Shown here piece by piece: positions 21,430 through 30,675 of a DNA stretch of 64,000 nt. Below the pieces are notes generated by a model. That model had not been told where the DNA came from and ran no database searches. It saw only the letters and a list, made by a program, of their open reading frames with translations. Position 1 is the first letter of the stretch; every line of letters begins with the position of its first letter. The translations under genes and the position numbers were made by a program. Source of the DNA: Candidatus Gemmiger avicola (lineage in GTDB: Bacteria > Bacillota > Clostridia > Oscillospirales > Ruminococcaceae); NCBI GenBank assembly GCA_019118805.1, contig DWYG01000190.1:13434-77433 (forward strand), read 5' to 3'.

Positions 21430-22431
21430 ATGCCCAAACCCACCATGCAGGACATTGCCGATGCGCTGAACACCAGCAGGATCACGGTGTGGAAGGCACT
21501 GAACAACCGCCCCGGCGTTTCCGAAGCGCTGCGCCGGCAGATTCAGCAAAAAGCGCAGGAGCTGGGCTACGGCAAAGCCGGCGCCCCGGCCGCCGGGCCG
21601 GCCGCCGCCCCGGCGCGGACGGTGGCGGTGGTTGTTTCCCGCCCGGAAAGTTCGCTTTTCTGGATGCAGATCGTCCACCGCCTTGCGCGGGAGCTGACGC
21701 TGCACGGCTGGAACCTGATGTATACCTATCTGCCCGCTTACGGTGAGGAAAGCTACGCCCTGCCCGCCGCGCTGACGGACGGTTCGGTGGCCGGGATTAT
21801 TGTGCTTAACATTTATTCCGAACCGCTGTTGCGGCTGCTGGCCGCGCTGCCGCTGCCCAAGGTCTTTCTGGATACCGTGCCCGGGCTTGGCCAGCCCGAT
21901 CTGCACGGGGATCTTTTGCTGCTGGAAGGCCGCGGCGCGCTGCGGCAGATCACCGGCCGCCTGCTGGATGCCGGCCACACAAAGCTCAGCTTTATTGGCG
22001 ACGCCGGCTATGCCCGGACCAACGCCGACCGCTACCAGGGTTTTTTGGATGCGCACGCCGCCCGCGGGCTGCCTGTGGATGAATCCCTGTGCCTGACGGG
22101 GCCGTTCGGCCTGCACACCCATTATGAGGAAATCAGCCGCTTTCTGGACAGCCTGGCCGAACCCCCGGGCGGCTTTGTCTGCGCAAGCGATTACATCGCC
22201 CATTTCATCCAGCAGTATTATGACGAACGCGGCATTGCGCGCACCGCGCCGTTGACCGGTTTTGACAACAACACCGAGTATTCAAACGTTGCCAACCGGA
22301 TCACCACCGTCGATGTACAGACCCCGACCATCGGCGCGCGGCTGGCTTACCGCATCCTGTTCCGCCTTGCCTACCCCGAATCGGCCTGTGAAGTCAGCTA
22401 TGTCTGCACCCGCGTCATCGAGCGCGGCTGA
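21430..22431 (+). CDS. LacI family transcriptional regulator
   Basis: PTMQDIADALNTSRITVWKALN HTH followed by a sugar-binding domain (TGFDN, ITTVD); AAGGAGG RBS. Confidence 0.9.
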   Translation: MPKPTMQDIADALNTSRITVWKALNNRPGVSEALRRQIQQKAQELGYGKAGAPAAGPAAAPARTVAVVVSRPESSLFWMQIVHRLARELTLHGWNLMYTYLPAYGEESYALPAALTDGSVAGIIVLNIYSEPLLRLLAALPLPKVFLDTVPGLGQPDLHGDLLLLEGRGALRQITGRLLDAGHTKLSFIGDAGYARTNADRYQGFLDAHAARGLPVDESLCLTGPFGLHTHYEEISRFLDSLAEPPGGFVCASDYIAHFIQQYYDERGIARTAPLTGFDNNTEYSNVANRITTVDVQTPTIGARLAYRILFRLAYPESACEVSYVCTRVIERG

Positions 22432-22451
22432 GCCCCGCCGGCTTGCAAACC

Positions 22452-22498
22452 CAAACGCCCGCCCCCTGCCCAAAGGCAGGAGGCGGGCGTTTGCTTTT
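22452..22498. terminator. Intrinsic terminator between convergent lacI and manA
   Basis: caaacgcccgcc.cctgcc / ggcagg.ggcgggcgtttg followed by ctttt. Confidence 0.7.
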
Positions 22499-22507
22499 GC
22501 CCGGCAT

Positions 22508-23428
22508 TTATACGCGGGTCAAAATTGTATCCAGCGTGCCGCGCACCGCAAAGGCGCCGCTGTTGGCGGGCAGGAAGACGCTGTCCCCCTTCTTCACCGC
22601 CATTGTCTGGCCTTCACAGCTGACTTCGCCTTCGCCCTCAACAAACAGCAGCGAAACAAAGCTGCGGGCGTCGGCCTTTTCATCAAAATCGCCGCGGTGC
22701 AGGTCCACGGTAAAGTACTTGCATTTGCCAAGGTGCGGCCCGAAATCCTGCGGCACGGCCGGCGCGCAGGTGGTCACATCCAGCGCTTTTTCCACATGCA
22801 GCGCGCGGGGCTTGCCGTCGGCGCCGACCCGGCCGTAGTCGTACACACGGTAGGTCACGTTGGAATTCTGCTGGATTTCGGCAATCACAATGCCGTGGCA
22901 GATCGCATGCAGTGTGCCGGACGGGATGAAGAAAACATCCCCCTTGTGCACCGGCGCGGCGTGCAGCACCTCGGTCAGGGTGTTGTCGGCAATGCGGCGG
23001 GCGAACTCTTCCTTGGTGATCTCATGGTCAAAGCCGTAATAGAGGTAGGCCCCGGGCTCACAGTCAAGGATATACCACATTTCGGTCTTGCCGTACTGGC
23101 CTTCCTTTTCAAGCGCATAGGCGTCGGAAGGGTGCACCTGGATGGAAAGGTCGCCCTTTGCGTCGATAAACTTGACAAGCACCGGGAACATCTCAAACGG
23201 CTCGCAGTCGGCGCCAAGCACCGCGCGGCCTTCCTTGGCGATGTAGTCGGGCAGGGTGGTGCCGGCGCCGGGGCCGGCCACAATCTCGCTCGGGCCGTCG
23301 GGGTGGCAGGAAAGCACCCAAGCTTCGGCCAGCGGGTGCAGGTCGCTCTGCACGCCATAATCGGTGCGCAGCTTGTCGCCGCCCCAAAGGTAATCTTTAC
23401 AGGCGGGCTTGAGTTTTAACATCGGCAT
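22508..23428 (-). CDS. manA: Mannose-6-phosphate isomerase, class I
   Basis: YLWGG, LSIQVHP, GKTEMWY, GTLHAI and EIQQNSNVTYRVYDY motifs. Confidence 0.92.
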   Translation of the reverse strand: MPMLKLKPACKDYLWGGDKLRTDYGVQSDLHPLAEAWVLSCHPDGPSEIVAGPGAGTTLPDYIAKEGRAVLGADCEPFEMFPVLVKFIDAKGDLSIQVHPSDAYALEKEGQYGKTEMWYILDCEPGAYLYYGFDHEITKEEFARRIADNTLTEVLHAAPVHKGDVFFIPSGTLHAICHGIVIAEIQQNSNVTYRVYDYGRVGADGKPRALHVEKALDVTTCAPAVPQDFGPHLGKCKYFTVDLHRGDFDEKADARSFVSLLFVEGEGEVSCEGQTMAVKKGDSVFLPANSGAFAVRGTLDTILTRV

Positions 23429-23434
23429 CGCGGA

Positions 23435-25120
23435 TCATCCTTTCATCATCGCGGCCGCGGCGGCGGCCAGCGTTTCGTTCACGGCGTCGGCGGCGGCTTC
23501 GCTGTCGCCAACAGCCGAAAGATAGACCTTGATCTTGGGTTCGGTGCCGGAGGGGCGCACCATAAACTTGTGCCCGCCGGCAAGGCGATACTCAAGCACG
23601 TCGGCCTTCGGCAGGCCGGTGCCTTCAGCCTCATAGTCGGTGGCGGCCTCCACCGCATAGCCGCCGATTTCTTTGGGCGGGTTGGCGCGCAGATTTGCCA
23701 TCAGCTGCTGCATGGTGTGCATACCGGTTTCGCCTTCAAACGTATAGGAGCACAGCGCGTTGCGGTAGTAGCCGAACTCTTTGTACAGCGCTTCGATCGC
23801 GTCGAGCAGGGTCTGGCCCTTGGCGGCGTAGGCGGCAGCCGCCTCGCAGACGAGCAGCGTCGCGTTGACGGCGTCCTTATCCCGCACATGCGCGCCGGAC
23901 AGATACCCGTAGCTCTCCTCAAAACCGAAGATGAAGCGGTCGGGGCGGCCTTCCGATTCAAGCAGGCCGATCTGCTCGCCGATGAACTTGAAGCCGGTCA
24001 GGGTGCGGCGCAGCTCAACGCCGTATTTCTTCGCGACCGGCGTCGCCATATCGGTCGATACGATTGTCGTAACCGCAACCGGGTTTTCGGGCATCGTGCC
24101 CTTGGCGCGGCGGGTGCGGCAGATATAATCGAGCAGGATGATGCCCATCTCGTTGCCGGTAATCAGCCGGTAGCCGCCCTTGCCGTCCGGCACGGCGGTG
24201 CCGCAGCGGTCGCAGTCGGGGTCGGTGCCAAGCAGCAGATCGGGGTGGACGGTATCGCACAGTTCGAGGCCCTTCTGCATCGCTTCGCGGATTTCGGGGT
24301 TCGGGTAGGGGCAGGTCGGGAAGTCGCCGTCCGGCTTTTCCTGCTCGGGCACGACGGTCAGGTGGGTGACGCCAAGCTTGCCCAGCAGCTTGCGCACGCA
24401 CTCAAGCCCGGTGCCGTTGAGCGGGGTGTACACGAGGTTGAGATCGGCGATGCCCTCCCCGCCGCCGACACGCTGGGCGTAGACGGCGTCAACAAACGCG
24501 TCGAGACAGGCGTCCTCAATAAGGCGGATACGGCCGTCGGCAAGAGCTTCGTCATACTCTGCAAGTTTGGGGGTTGAGAAATAGTCATGCTGCCCAATGG
24601 CGGCGAGGATCTTGTCGGCAACTTCGAGGGTGATCTGGCAGCCGTCGGCGCCGTACACCTTGTAGCCGTTGTATTTGGCCGGGTTGTGGCTGGCCGTGAT
24701 GCAGATGCCGGCCCCGCAGCCGAGATACCGCACGGCCCAGGAGAGGGCAGGGGTGGGCTCAAGCCGCGGATACAGGCAGGCCGTAATGCCGTTGGCCGCG
24801 AGGACGCGGGCGGCTTCCCGGGTGAAAAGCTCGCCGCCGTGGCGGCTGTCATGCGCGATGGCAACCTTTTTGGGCAGTTCGCTCGCGTTGAGGTAATCGG
24901 CCAACCCTTGGGTGGCGCGGCGGATCGTGTACAAGTTCATCCGGTTGGTGCCGGCGCCGAGCACGCCGCGCAGGCCCCCGGTGCCGAAGGCAAGATCGCG
25001 GTAGAAACGGTCGCTGATCGCCGCTTCGTCGCCCTCAATGGCGGCAAGCTCGGCCGCCATCGCAGGGTCAAGGTCCGGTTGCGCACGCCAGGCGCGGTAG
25101 ATTTCTTGGGGTGTGGACAT
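23435..25120 (-). CDS. Phosphoglucomutase/phosphomannomutase
   Basis: FGTGGLRG, ITASHNP, DPDCDR, FEESYG and RPSGTEPKIK motifs. Confidence 0.92.
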   Translation of the reverse strand: MSTPQEIYRAWRAQPDLDPAMAAELAAIEGDEAAISDRFYRDLAFGTGGLRGVLGAGTNRMNLYTIRRATQGLADYLNASELPKKVAIAHDSRHGGELFTREAARVLAANGITACLYPRLEPTPALSWAVRYLGCGAGICITASHNPAKYNGYKVYGADGCQITLEVADKILAAIGQHDYFSTPKLAEYDEALADGRIRLIEDACLDAFVDAVYAQRVGGGEGIADLNLVYTPLNGTGLECVRKLLGKLGVTHLTVVPEQEKPDGDFPTCPYPNPEIREAMQKGLELCDTVHPDLLLGTDPDCDRCGTAVPDGKGGYRLITGNEMGIILLDYICRTRRAKGTMPENPVAVTTIVSTDMATPVAKKYGVELRRTLTGFKFIGEQIGLLESEGRPDRFIFGFEESYGYLSGAHVRDKDAVNATLLVCEAAAAYAAKGQTLLDAIEALYKEFGYYRNALCSYTFEGETGMHTMQQLMANLRANPPKEIGGYAVEAATDYEAEGTGLPKADVLEYRLAGGHKFMVRPSGTEPKIKVYLSAVGDSEAAADAVNETLAAAAAAMMKG

Positions 25121-25189
25121 GGGAACCTCCTTCTCGGCGCACTTTCGGCGCGCGGTTGAAACATCGAAAACTGCGGCGCAGCGGCGGGT

Positions 25190-25747
25190 TTATCCTTCGC
25201 CGCCCTGGCCGGTTTTGGCCGTCATGACAAACTTGGCCACCAGCGCAAAACCGACGCCGAGTGATACCATGGAAATAGTATCGGCCAAAAAGCTCAGCGA
25301 AGGGAAGGCGTCGGCGCCAAGGGAGGCCAGCATATAGATACCGGCACAATACTCAAACAAAATCGCGACCCGGGGCGGACGGCGGGTTTCACCCGAAGGC
25401 ATGGCGCCAAGGGCTCTGGCCATCGCACTGGTCGCGAAGGTTACACAGAAATACAGCGCCAGCCCGCCGATCAGCGCCATGAGCAGTGTCATGCCGAAGG
25501 TGTGCAGCGCGGCTGCCGCAATGAAAACAAGGGCCGTAACCGCCGCCACCCGCCAGCCGGTGGTAAACTCCGCCTGCAGGCCGCGGGCCAGAAAGCAGCC
25601 GACGCCGAACAGCACGGCCGTCAGGGCGTACAGTATGCAGCTCAGGATATACCAGGGCTGGGCGATGCTGGCAATCACGCCGCAGACGCAGCCGGCCAGC
25701 AGAACGGTGCGCGGCTGGCGCAGGGCGGCTTCGTTTTTGTTGTGCAT
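25190..25747 (-). CDS. Hypothetical integral membrane protein
   Basis: 185 aa with about 6 hydrophobic segments; AGGAAG upstream of ATG 25747. Confidence 0.6.
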   Translation of the reverse strand: MHNKNEAALRQPRTVLLAGCVCGVIASIAQPWYILSCILYALTAVLFGVGCFLARGLQAEFTTGWRVAAVTALVFIAAAALHTFGMTLLMALIGGLALYFCVTFATSAMARALGAMPSGETRRPPRVAILFEYCAGIYMLASLGADAFPSLSFLADTISMVSLGVGFALVAKFVMTAKTGQGGEG

Positions 25748-25984
25748 GGGGTGTTCTTCCTTCCTGAAAAAGCGGGGAATGCCCGCCTTTGTAATACACC
25801 CATCATAGCACAAAGCACCCGCCCCCGCAAGCGGGCAAGGGGACGAAAAAAGCGCCTGTTTTTTGGCGGGCAGCCCTTTTCAACACCGCAATGGCGCGGT
25901 ATAATAAGGAGGATTGTCCCGGCGGGGCCGCAGTTTTTCCGGCGCAGCCCTTGCCCACCCCCGATTCTGTATTAGGAGGCGCCC

Positions 25985-26770
25985 ATGTCTTCCCCCATTC
26001 GCGCGGCATTTTTTGATTTTGACGGCACCCTGCTGCCGTTCGGCGCCGCAGCGCTGCCGGCCTCAACGGTGCGGGCGCTGGGCCGGCTGCGGCAAAACGG
26101 GGTCAAGGTGATCCTGGCCACAGGCCGCCCGCCGATCCACCTGCCCCGGATGCCGATGCTCCGCGCCGTCACCCTGGACGGCTATGTCATGATGAACGGC
26201 CAGTACTGCTTTGATGAAACCGGCGTTTTCCGCGAGCTGGCGCTGCCCGCCGCCGGCATGCAGGCGCTGGTAGACTGGCTGCACACCCCCGCCGGGCAGC
26301 AAGAGCTGGTCTGTTTTGTGGAGCGGGATTTTTCCTACCTCAACCGCCCGATCGGCCCCGGCCCCGGCCCGGTGGAAACCGATACCCCGGTGCTGGACCC
26401 GGCGCGCGCACTGACCCACCCGACCTACCAGCTCAACGCCTACCTGCCGCCCGAGCGGGAGGCCAACTTCCTGGCGCACTGCCCGGGGTGCGTTGCGGTG
26501 CGCTGGTGCGATACCTTTGCCGACATTCTGCCGGCCGGCGGCGGCAAGCCGGCCGGGCTGGCCGCCATGCTGGACCACCTTGGCCTGCGGCGGGAGGAAT
26601 CGATCGCCTTCGGCGACGGCGGCAACGACATTTCGATGCTGGAATACGCCGGCGTCGGGGTGGCGATGGGCAACGCGCTGCCCGCCGTCAAAGCGGCGGC
26701 CGACTATGTGACCGACAGTGTCGATGCCGACGGCGTGGAAAAGGCGCTGCAGCATTTCGGCCTGATCTGA
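25985..26770 (+). CDS. Cof-type HAD-IIB hydrolase
   Basis: FFDFDGTL, ATGR and FGDGGNDISML...AMGNA motifs; AGGAGG RBS. Confidence 0.9.
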   Translation: MSSPIRAAFFDFDGTLLPFGAAALPASTVRALGRLRQNGVKVILATGRPPIHLPRMPMLRAVTLDGYVMMNGQYCFDETGVFRELALPAAGMQALVDWLHTPAGQQELVCFVERDFSYLNRPIGPGPGPVETDTPVLDPARALTHPTYQLNAYLPPEREANFLAHCPGCVAVRWCDTFADILPAGGGKPAGLAAMLDHLGLRREESIAFGDGGNDISMLEYAGVGVAMGNALPAVKAAADYVTDSVDADGVEKALQHFGLI

Positions 26771-26887
26771 GGGCCGTTTTCCGCCGGGTTCCCCTCATTT
26801 GTTTGCCGTGGCAACACGACAAACCCGGTCAAATCGTGTATACTTATCTGTGGCCCAATGCCCTGCAATCCAAAGGAGGATGTTTGT

Positions 26888-28042
26888 ATGGAATCTATCA
26901 CCCCGAGCCTTCGCTATGTCGGCGTGAACGACCACGCCGTGGACCTGTTCGAAGGCCAGTATACCGTGCCCAACGGCATGTCCTATAATTCCTATGTCCT
27001 GCTCGATGAGAAGGTCGCGGTTTTTGACACGGTGGACATCCATTTCACCGAACAGTGGCTTGCAAACATTGCCGCCGCGCTGGACGGCCGCAAGCCCGAT
27101 TATCTCATCGTGCATCATATGGAGCCCGATCACAGCGCCAGTATCTTTGCCTTTTTGCAGGCCTACCCGGAGACGACGGTTGTCGCGACGGCCAAGGCGC
27201 TTGCGATGATGGGCGATTTCTTTGAAGGGCTTTCGCTCCGCAACACGCTGCCGGCCGCAAACGGCGGCACCCTTTCGCTCGGCGCGCACACCCTGAACTT
27301 TGTCTTTGCGCCGATGGTGCACTGGCCCGAAGTCATGATGAGCTATGAATCCACCGACAAGATCCTGTTCAGCGCCGATGGTTTCGGCAAATTCGGCGCG
27401 CTCGATGTCGATGAGCCGTGGGACGACGAGGCCCGCCGCTACTACATCGGTATTGTGGGCAAGTACGGCGCGCAGGTGCAGGCGGTGCTCAAGAAGGCCG
27501 CCGCGCTGGACATTGCGATGATCTGCCCGCTGCACGGCCCCATCCTGCGCGAGGATCTCGGCCACTATATCGGCAAATACGATACCTGGTCCTCCTACGC
27601 GGTGGAGGACGCCGGCGTTGTGGTGGCTTATACCTCGGTATACGGCCACACCCGGGAAGCGGCCGAGCAGATTGCCCAGCTGCTGCGCGACAAGGGTGAA
27701 ACGGTTGTGGTGTACGACCTGGCCCGCTGCGACATTGCCCGTGCCACAGCCGACGCTTTCCGCTACGGTAAGCTTGTGCTGGCCACGACAACCTACAACG
27801 CCGACATCTTCCCCTTCATGAAGCAATTCCTGGACCACCTGACCGAGCGCAATTTCCAGAACCGCAAAGTCGGCCTGGTAGAGAACGGCGCCTGGGCCCC
27901 GATGGCCGCCAAGATTATGCGCGCCAAGCTGGAAGGCTGCAAGAACCTGACCTTCGCCGAGCCGGTCGTCACGCTGCGCGCCGCCTTGAACGCTGACAGC
28001 CGCGCCGCCCTGGCCGCCCTGGCCGACGCGATGGCCGAATAA
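26888..28042 (+). CDS. fprA: Flavodiiron protein (FprA/A-type flavoprotein)
   Basis: SYNSY, HMEPDHS, PMVHWPE, SADGFG, PLHGP and flavodoxin YTSVYGHT motifs. Confidence 0.9.
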   Translation: MESITPSLRYVGVNDHAVDLFEGQYTVPNGMSYNSYVLLDEKVAVFDTVDIHFTEQWLANIAAALDGRKPDYLIVHHMEPDHSASIFAFLQAYPETTVVATAKALAMMGDFFEGLSLRNTLPAANGGTLSLGAHTLNFVFAPMVHWPEVMMSYESTDKILFSADGFGKFGALDVDEPWDDEARRYYIGIVGKYGAQVQAVLKKAAALDIAMICPLHGPILREDLGHYIGKYDTWSSYAVEDAGVVVAYTSVYGHTREAAEQIAQLLRDKGETVVVYDLARCDIARATADAFRYGKLVLATTTYNADIFPFMKQFLDHLTERNFQNRKVGLVENGAWAPMAAKIMRAKLEGCKNLTFAEPVVTLRAALNADSRAALAALADAMAE

Positions 28043-28060
28043 TTTTTCCTTTACAAACCC

Positions 28061-28098
28061 AACGCCCCCGCTGCCATGCCTTGGCAGCGGGGGCGTTT
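28061..28098. terminator. Hairpin between convergent fprA and the UvrA-like gene
   Basis: aacgcccccgctgcca / tggcagcgggggcgtt. Confidence 0.65.
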
Positions 28099-28131
28099 GA
28101 GCGTCTTAAAAGAGATCCCGCGGGAAACGGG

Positions 28132-30618
28132 TCAGATAAACCGCCCCGTGACGCTTTCCGGGCAGGCCACGACCGAAGCCGGCGTACCGGCGGCGATAAT
28201 GCGCCCGCCGGCCGCGCCGCCGCCGGGGCCCATATCGATAAGGCAGTCGGCGTTGCGGATGACGTCGAGGTCATGCTCAATGACGACGACGGTCGCGCCG
28301 TGGTCGATGAGGGTCTGGAACACGCCGAGCAGCACCGCCACGTCGAGCGGGTGCAGGCCGATCGTCGGCTCGTCAAAGACAAACAGCGTGTCGGCCTGGC
28401 TGCGGCCCATCTCGCTCGCGAGCTTGAGCCGCTGCGCTTCGCCGCCGGATAAGCTCGGCGTCTGCTCGCCGAGGGTCAGGTAGCCGAGGCCCAGGTCGGC
28501 CAGCACCTGCAGCCGGCTGCGCACAAGGCGCATCTCCTTCGCGCCGGCCGTGGCGGCGAGCGCGGTGTTCACATCCATCGCCATCAGGTCGGGCATTGTA
28601 TACGCCTTGCCGTCGGCGCTGTGCCAGGGCAGCGCGGCGGCGGGCAGATCGTACCGCGCGCCGCGGCAGGCCGGGCAGGGGATCTCAACATCCGGCAGAA
28701 ACTGCACATCCAGGCTGATCGCCCCGGTGCCGTCGCAGACCGGGCAGCGCAGTTTGCCGGTGTTGTAGCTGAAATCGCCGGCCTTGTACCCGCCGGCTTT
28801 GGCGGCCGGGGTGCGGGCGAAGATCTTGCGCAGCTCGTCGTGGACGTTCGCATAGGTCGCGACGGTCGAGCGCACGTTGATGCCGATCGGGGTCGCGTCG
28901 ATGAGCTTGACCTGGGCGATGCCGCCGTCCTCCACGGCCCGCACCGGATTCGGCAGCGGCAAACCGGCCGCGGCGGCCGACAGCCCGGGCACAAGGCTTT
29001 CAAGCACGAGCGTCGTCTTGCCAGAACCCGAAACCCCGGTCACGACGGTCAGCCGGCCTTTGGGGATATCGACGGCAAGCGGCTGCACGGTGTGGATCGG
29101 GCCGGTTTCAAGGTGAATCCGCCCGATCGAGAACAGCTCGCCTTCCGCCGCCTGCGGGCGCATCGGCGGCCGGCGGCCCGGGCGCAGAAACGGCCCGATG
29201 CGCGAGGCCGGGTTTTCCGCCAGCGCCGGCACGGCGCCTTGCGCGATGACCCGCCCGCCCGAAGCGCCGGCCCCGGGGCCCATCTCGACAATCCAGTCGG
29301 CTTGGGACAAAATCTGGCTGTCATGGTCAACCAGGATGACCGAGTTGCCGTCGGCCAGAAGGTCCCGCATGACGCCGGTCAGCCCGACGATGTTCGCCGG
29401 GTGCAGCCCGATCGAGGGTTCGTCCAGCACATAGAGCACGCCGGTCGTGCGGTTGCGCACGGCGCGGGCCAGCTGCATCCGCTGCCGCTCCCCGGTAGAG
29501 AGGGTGGCCGCCGCGCGGTCAAGCGCGAGGTAGCCGAGCCCCAAATCCAGCAGCCGGCGCGCAACGCCGAAAAACGAATCGCAGATGCTCTTCGCCATCG
29601 GGCGCATCGGTTCGGGCAGGCTTTCCGGCACGCCGGCGACCCAGTCCATGAGTTGGTCGAGGGTCATGCGGCAGGCTTCATCCAGCCCGATGCCCCGCAA
29701 CCGGGGCGCGCGGGCAGCTTCGCTCAGCCGGCTGCCGCCGCAGTCGGGGCAGGCATCCTGCCGCAGGAACTTTTCGACCCGCTTCATGCCCTTTTCGTCC
29801 TTGACCTTCGCGAGCGCGTTTTCAACCGTGTGGACGGCGCTGTAGTAGGTAAAATCCAGTTCGGTGGCCTGGTCGTGGTTTTTGCCGCGGTAGAGGATGT
29901 GTTTTTTGACGGCCGGGCCGTCGTAAACGATCGCCTTTTCCTCGTCGGTCAATTCGCAAAACGGTACGTCGGTGCGCACGCCCATTGCGCGGCAGACATC
30001 GACCATCAGCGCCCACATCAGCGAATTCCAGGGCGCAACGGCCCCCTGCTCGATGGTCAGGCTTTCGTCCGGCACAAGGGTCGCGCGGTCAACGGTGCGC
30101 ACGGTGCCGGTGCCGCCGCAGGTGGGGCAGGCGCCCTGGCTGTTGAAGGCGAGGGACTCGGCCCCGGGGGCGTAGAATTCGGCGCCGCATGCAGGGCAGC
30201 GCAGCGGCCCGCCGGCCGCGACGGCGAGGCTTGGGGGGAGATAATGCCCGTTCGGGCAGCGGTGGCTGGCCAGGCGGGAGAACATGAGCCGCAGGCTGTT
30301 GAGCAGCTCGGTGCCGGTGCCGAAGGTGGAGCGGATGCCCGGCACGCCGGGGCGCTGGTGCAGCGCAAGGGCGGCCGGCACATAGAGCACCTCGTCAACG
30401 GTGGCCTTGGCGGCCTGGGTCATGCGGCGCCGGGTGTAGGTGGAGAGGGCCTCCAGATACCGGCGCGAGCCCTCGGCATAGAGCACGCCGAGCGCGAGCG
30501 AACTTTTTCCCGACCCCGACACCCCGGCCACCCCGACAAGCTTGCCGAGCGGGATATCGACATCGATGTTTTTCAGGTTGTGCACCCGCGCGCCGCGGAT
30601 TTCAATATGATCGACCAT
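28132..30618 (-). CDS. UvrA-like ABC ATPase (short class II / DrrC-like paralog)
   Basis: [11 protein letters not shown]; two Walker A ([16 protein letters not shown]); LSTGERQR and [12 protein letters not shown] signatures; Zn fingers; about 830 aa, shorter than canonical UvrA. Confidence 0.85.
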   Translation of the reverse strand: MVDHIEIRGARVHNLKNIDVDIPLGKLVGVAGVSGSGKSSLALGVLYAEGSRRYLEALSTYTRRRMTQAAKATVDEVLYVPAALALHQRPGVPGIRSTFGTGTELLNSLRLMFSRLASHRCPNGHYLPPSLAVAAGGPLRCPACGAEFYAPGAESLAFNSQGACPTCGGTGTVRTVDRATLVPDESLTIEQGAVAPWNSLMWALMVDVCRAMGVRTDVPFCELTDEEKAIVYDGPAVKKHILYRGKNHDQATELDFTYYSAVHTVENALAKVKDEKGMKRVEKFLRQDACPDCGGSRLSEAARAPRLRGIGLDEACRMTLDQLMDWVAGVPESLPEPMRPMAKSICDSFFGVARRLLDLGLGYLALDRAAATLSTGERQRMQLARAVRNRTTGVLYVLDEPSIGLHPANIVGLTGVMRDLLADGNSVILVDHDSQILSQADWIVEMGPGAGASGGRVIAQGAVPALAENPASRIGPFLRPGRRPPMRPQAAEGELFSIGRIHLETGPIHTVQPLAVDIPKGRLTVVTGVSGSGKTTLVLESLVPGLSAAAAGLPLPNPVRAVEDGGIAQVKLIDATPIGINVRSTVATYANVHDELRKIFARTPAAKAGGYKAGDFSYNTGKLRCPVCDGTGAISLDVQFLPDVEIPCPACRGARYDLPAAALPWHSADGKAYTMPDLMAMDVNTALAATAGAKEMRLVRSRLQVLADLGLGYLTLGEQTPSLSGGEAQRLKLASEMGRSQADTLFVFDEPTIGLHPLDVAVLLGVFQTLIDHGATVVVIEHDLDVIRNADCLIDMGPGGGAAGGRIIAAGTPASVVACPESVTGRFI

Positions 30619-30675
30619 CAGAGTTCCCCCTTTCCGGCGCGCCGTCAAGAGGAAATCCGGGCGGCCGGGTTTGCG

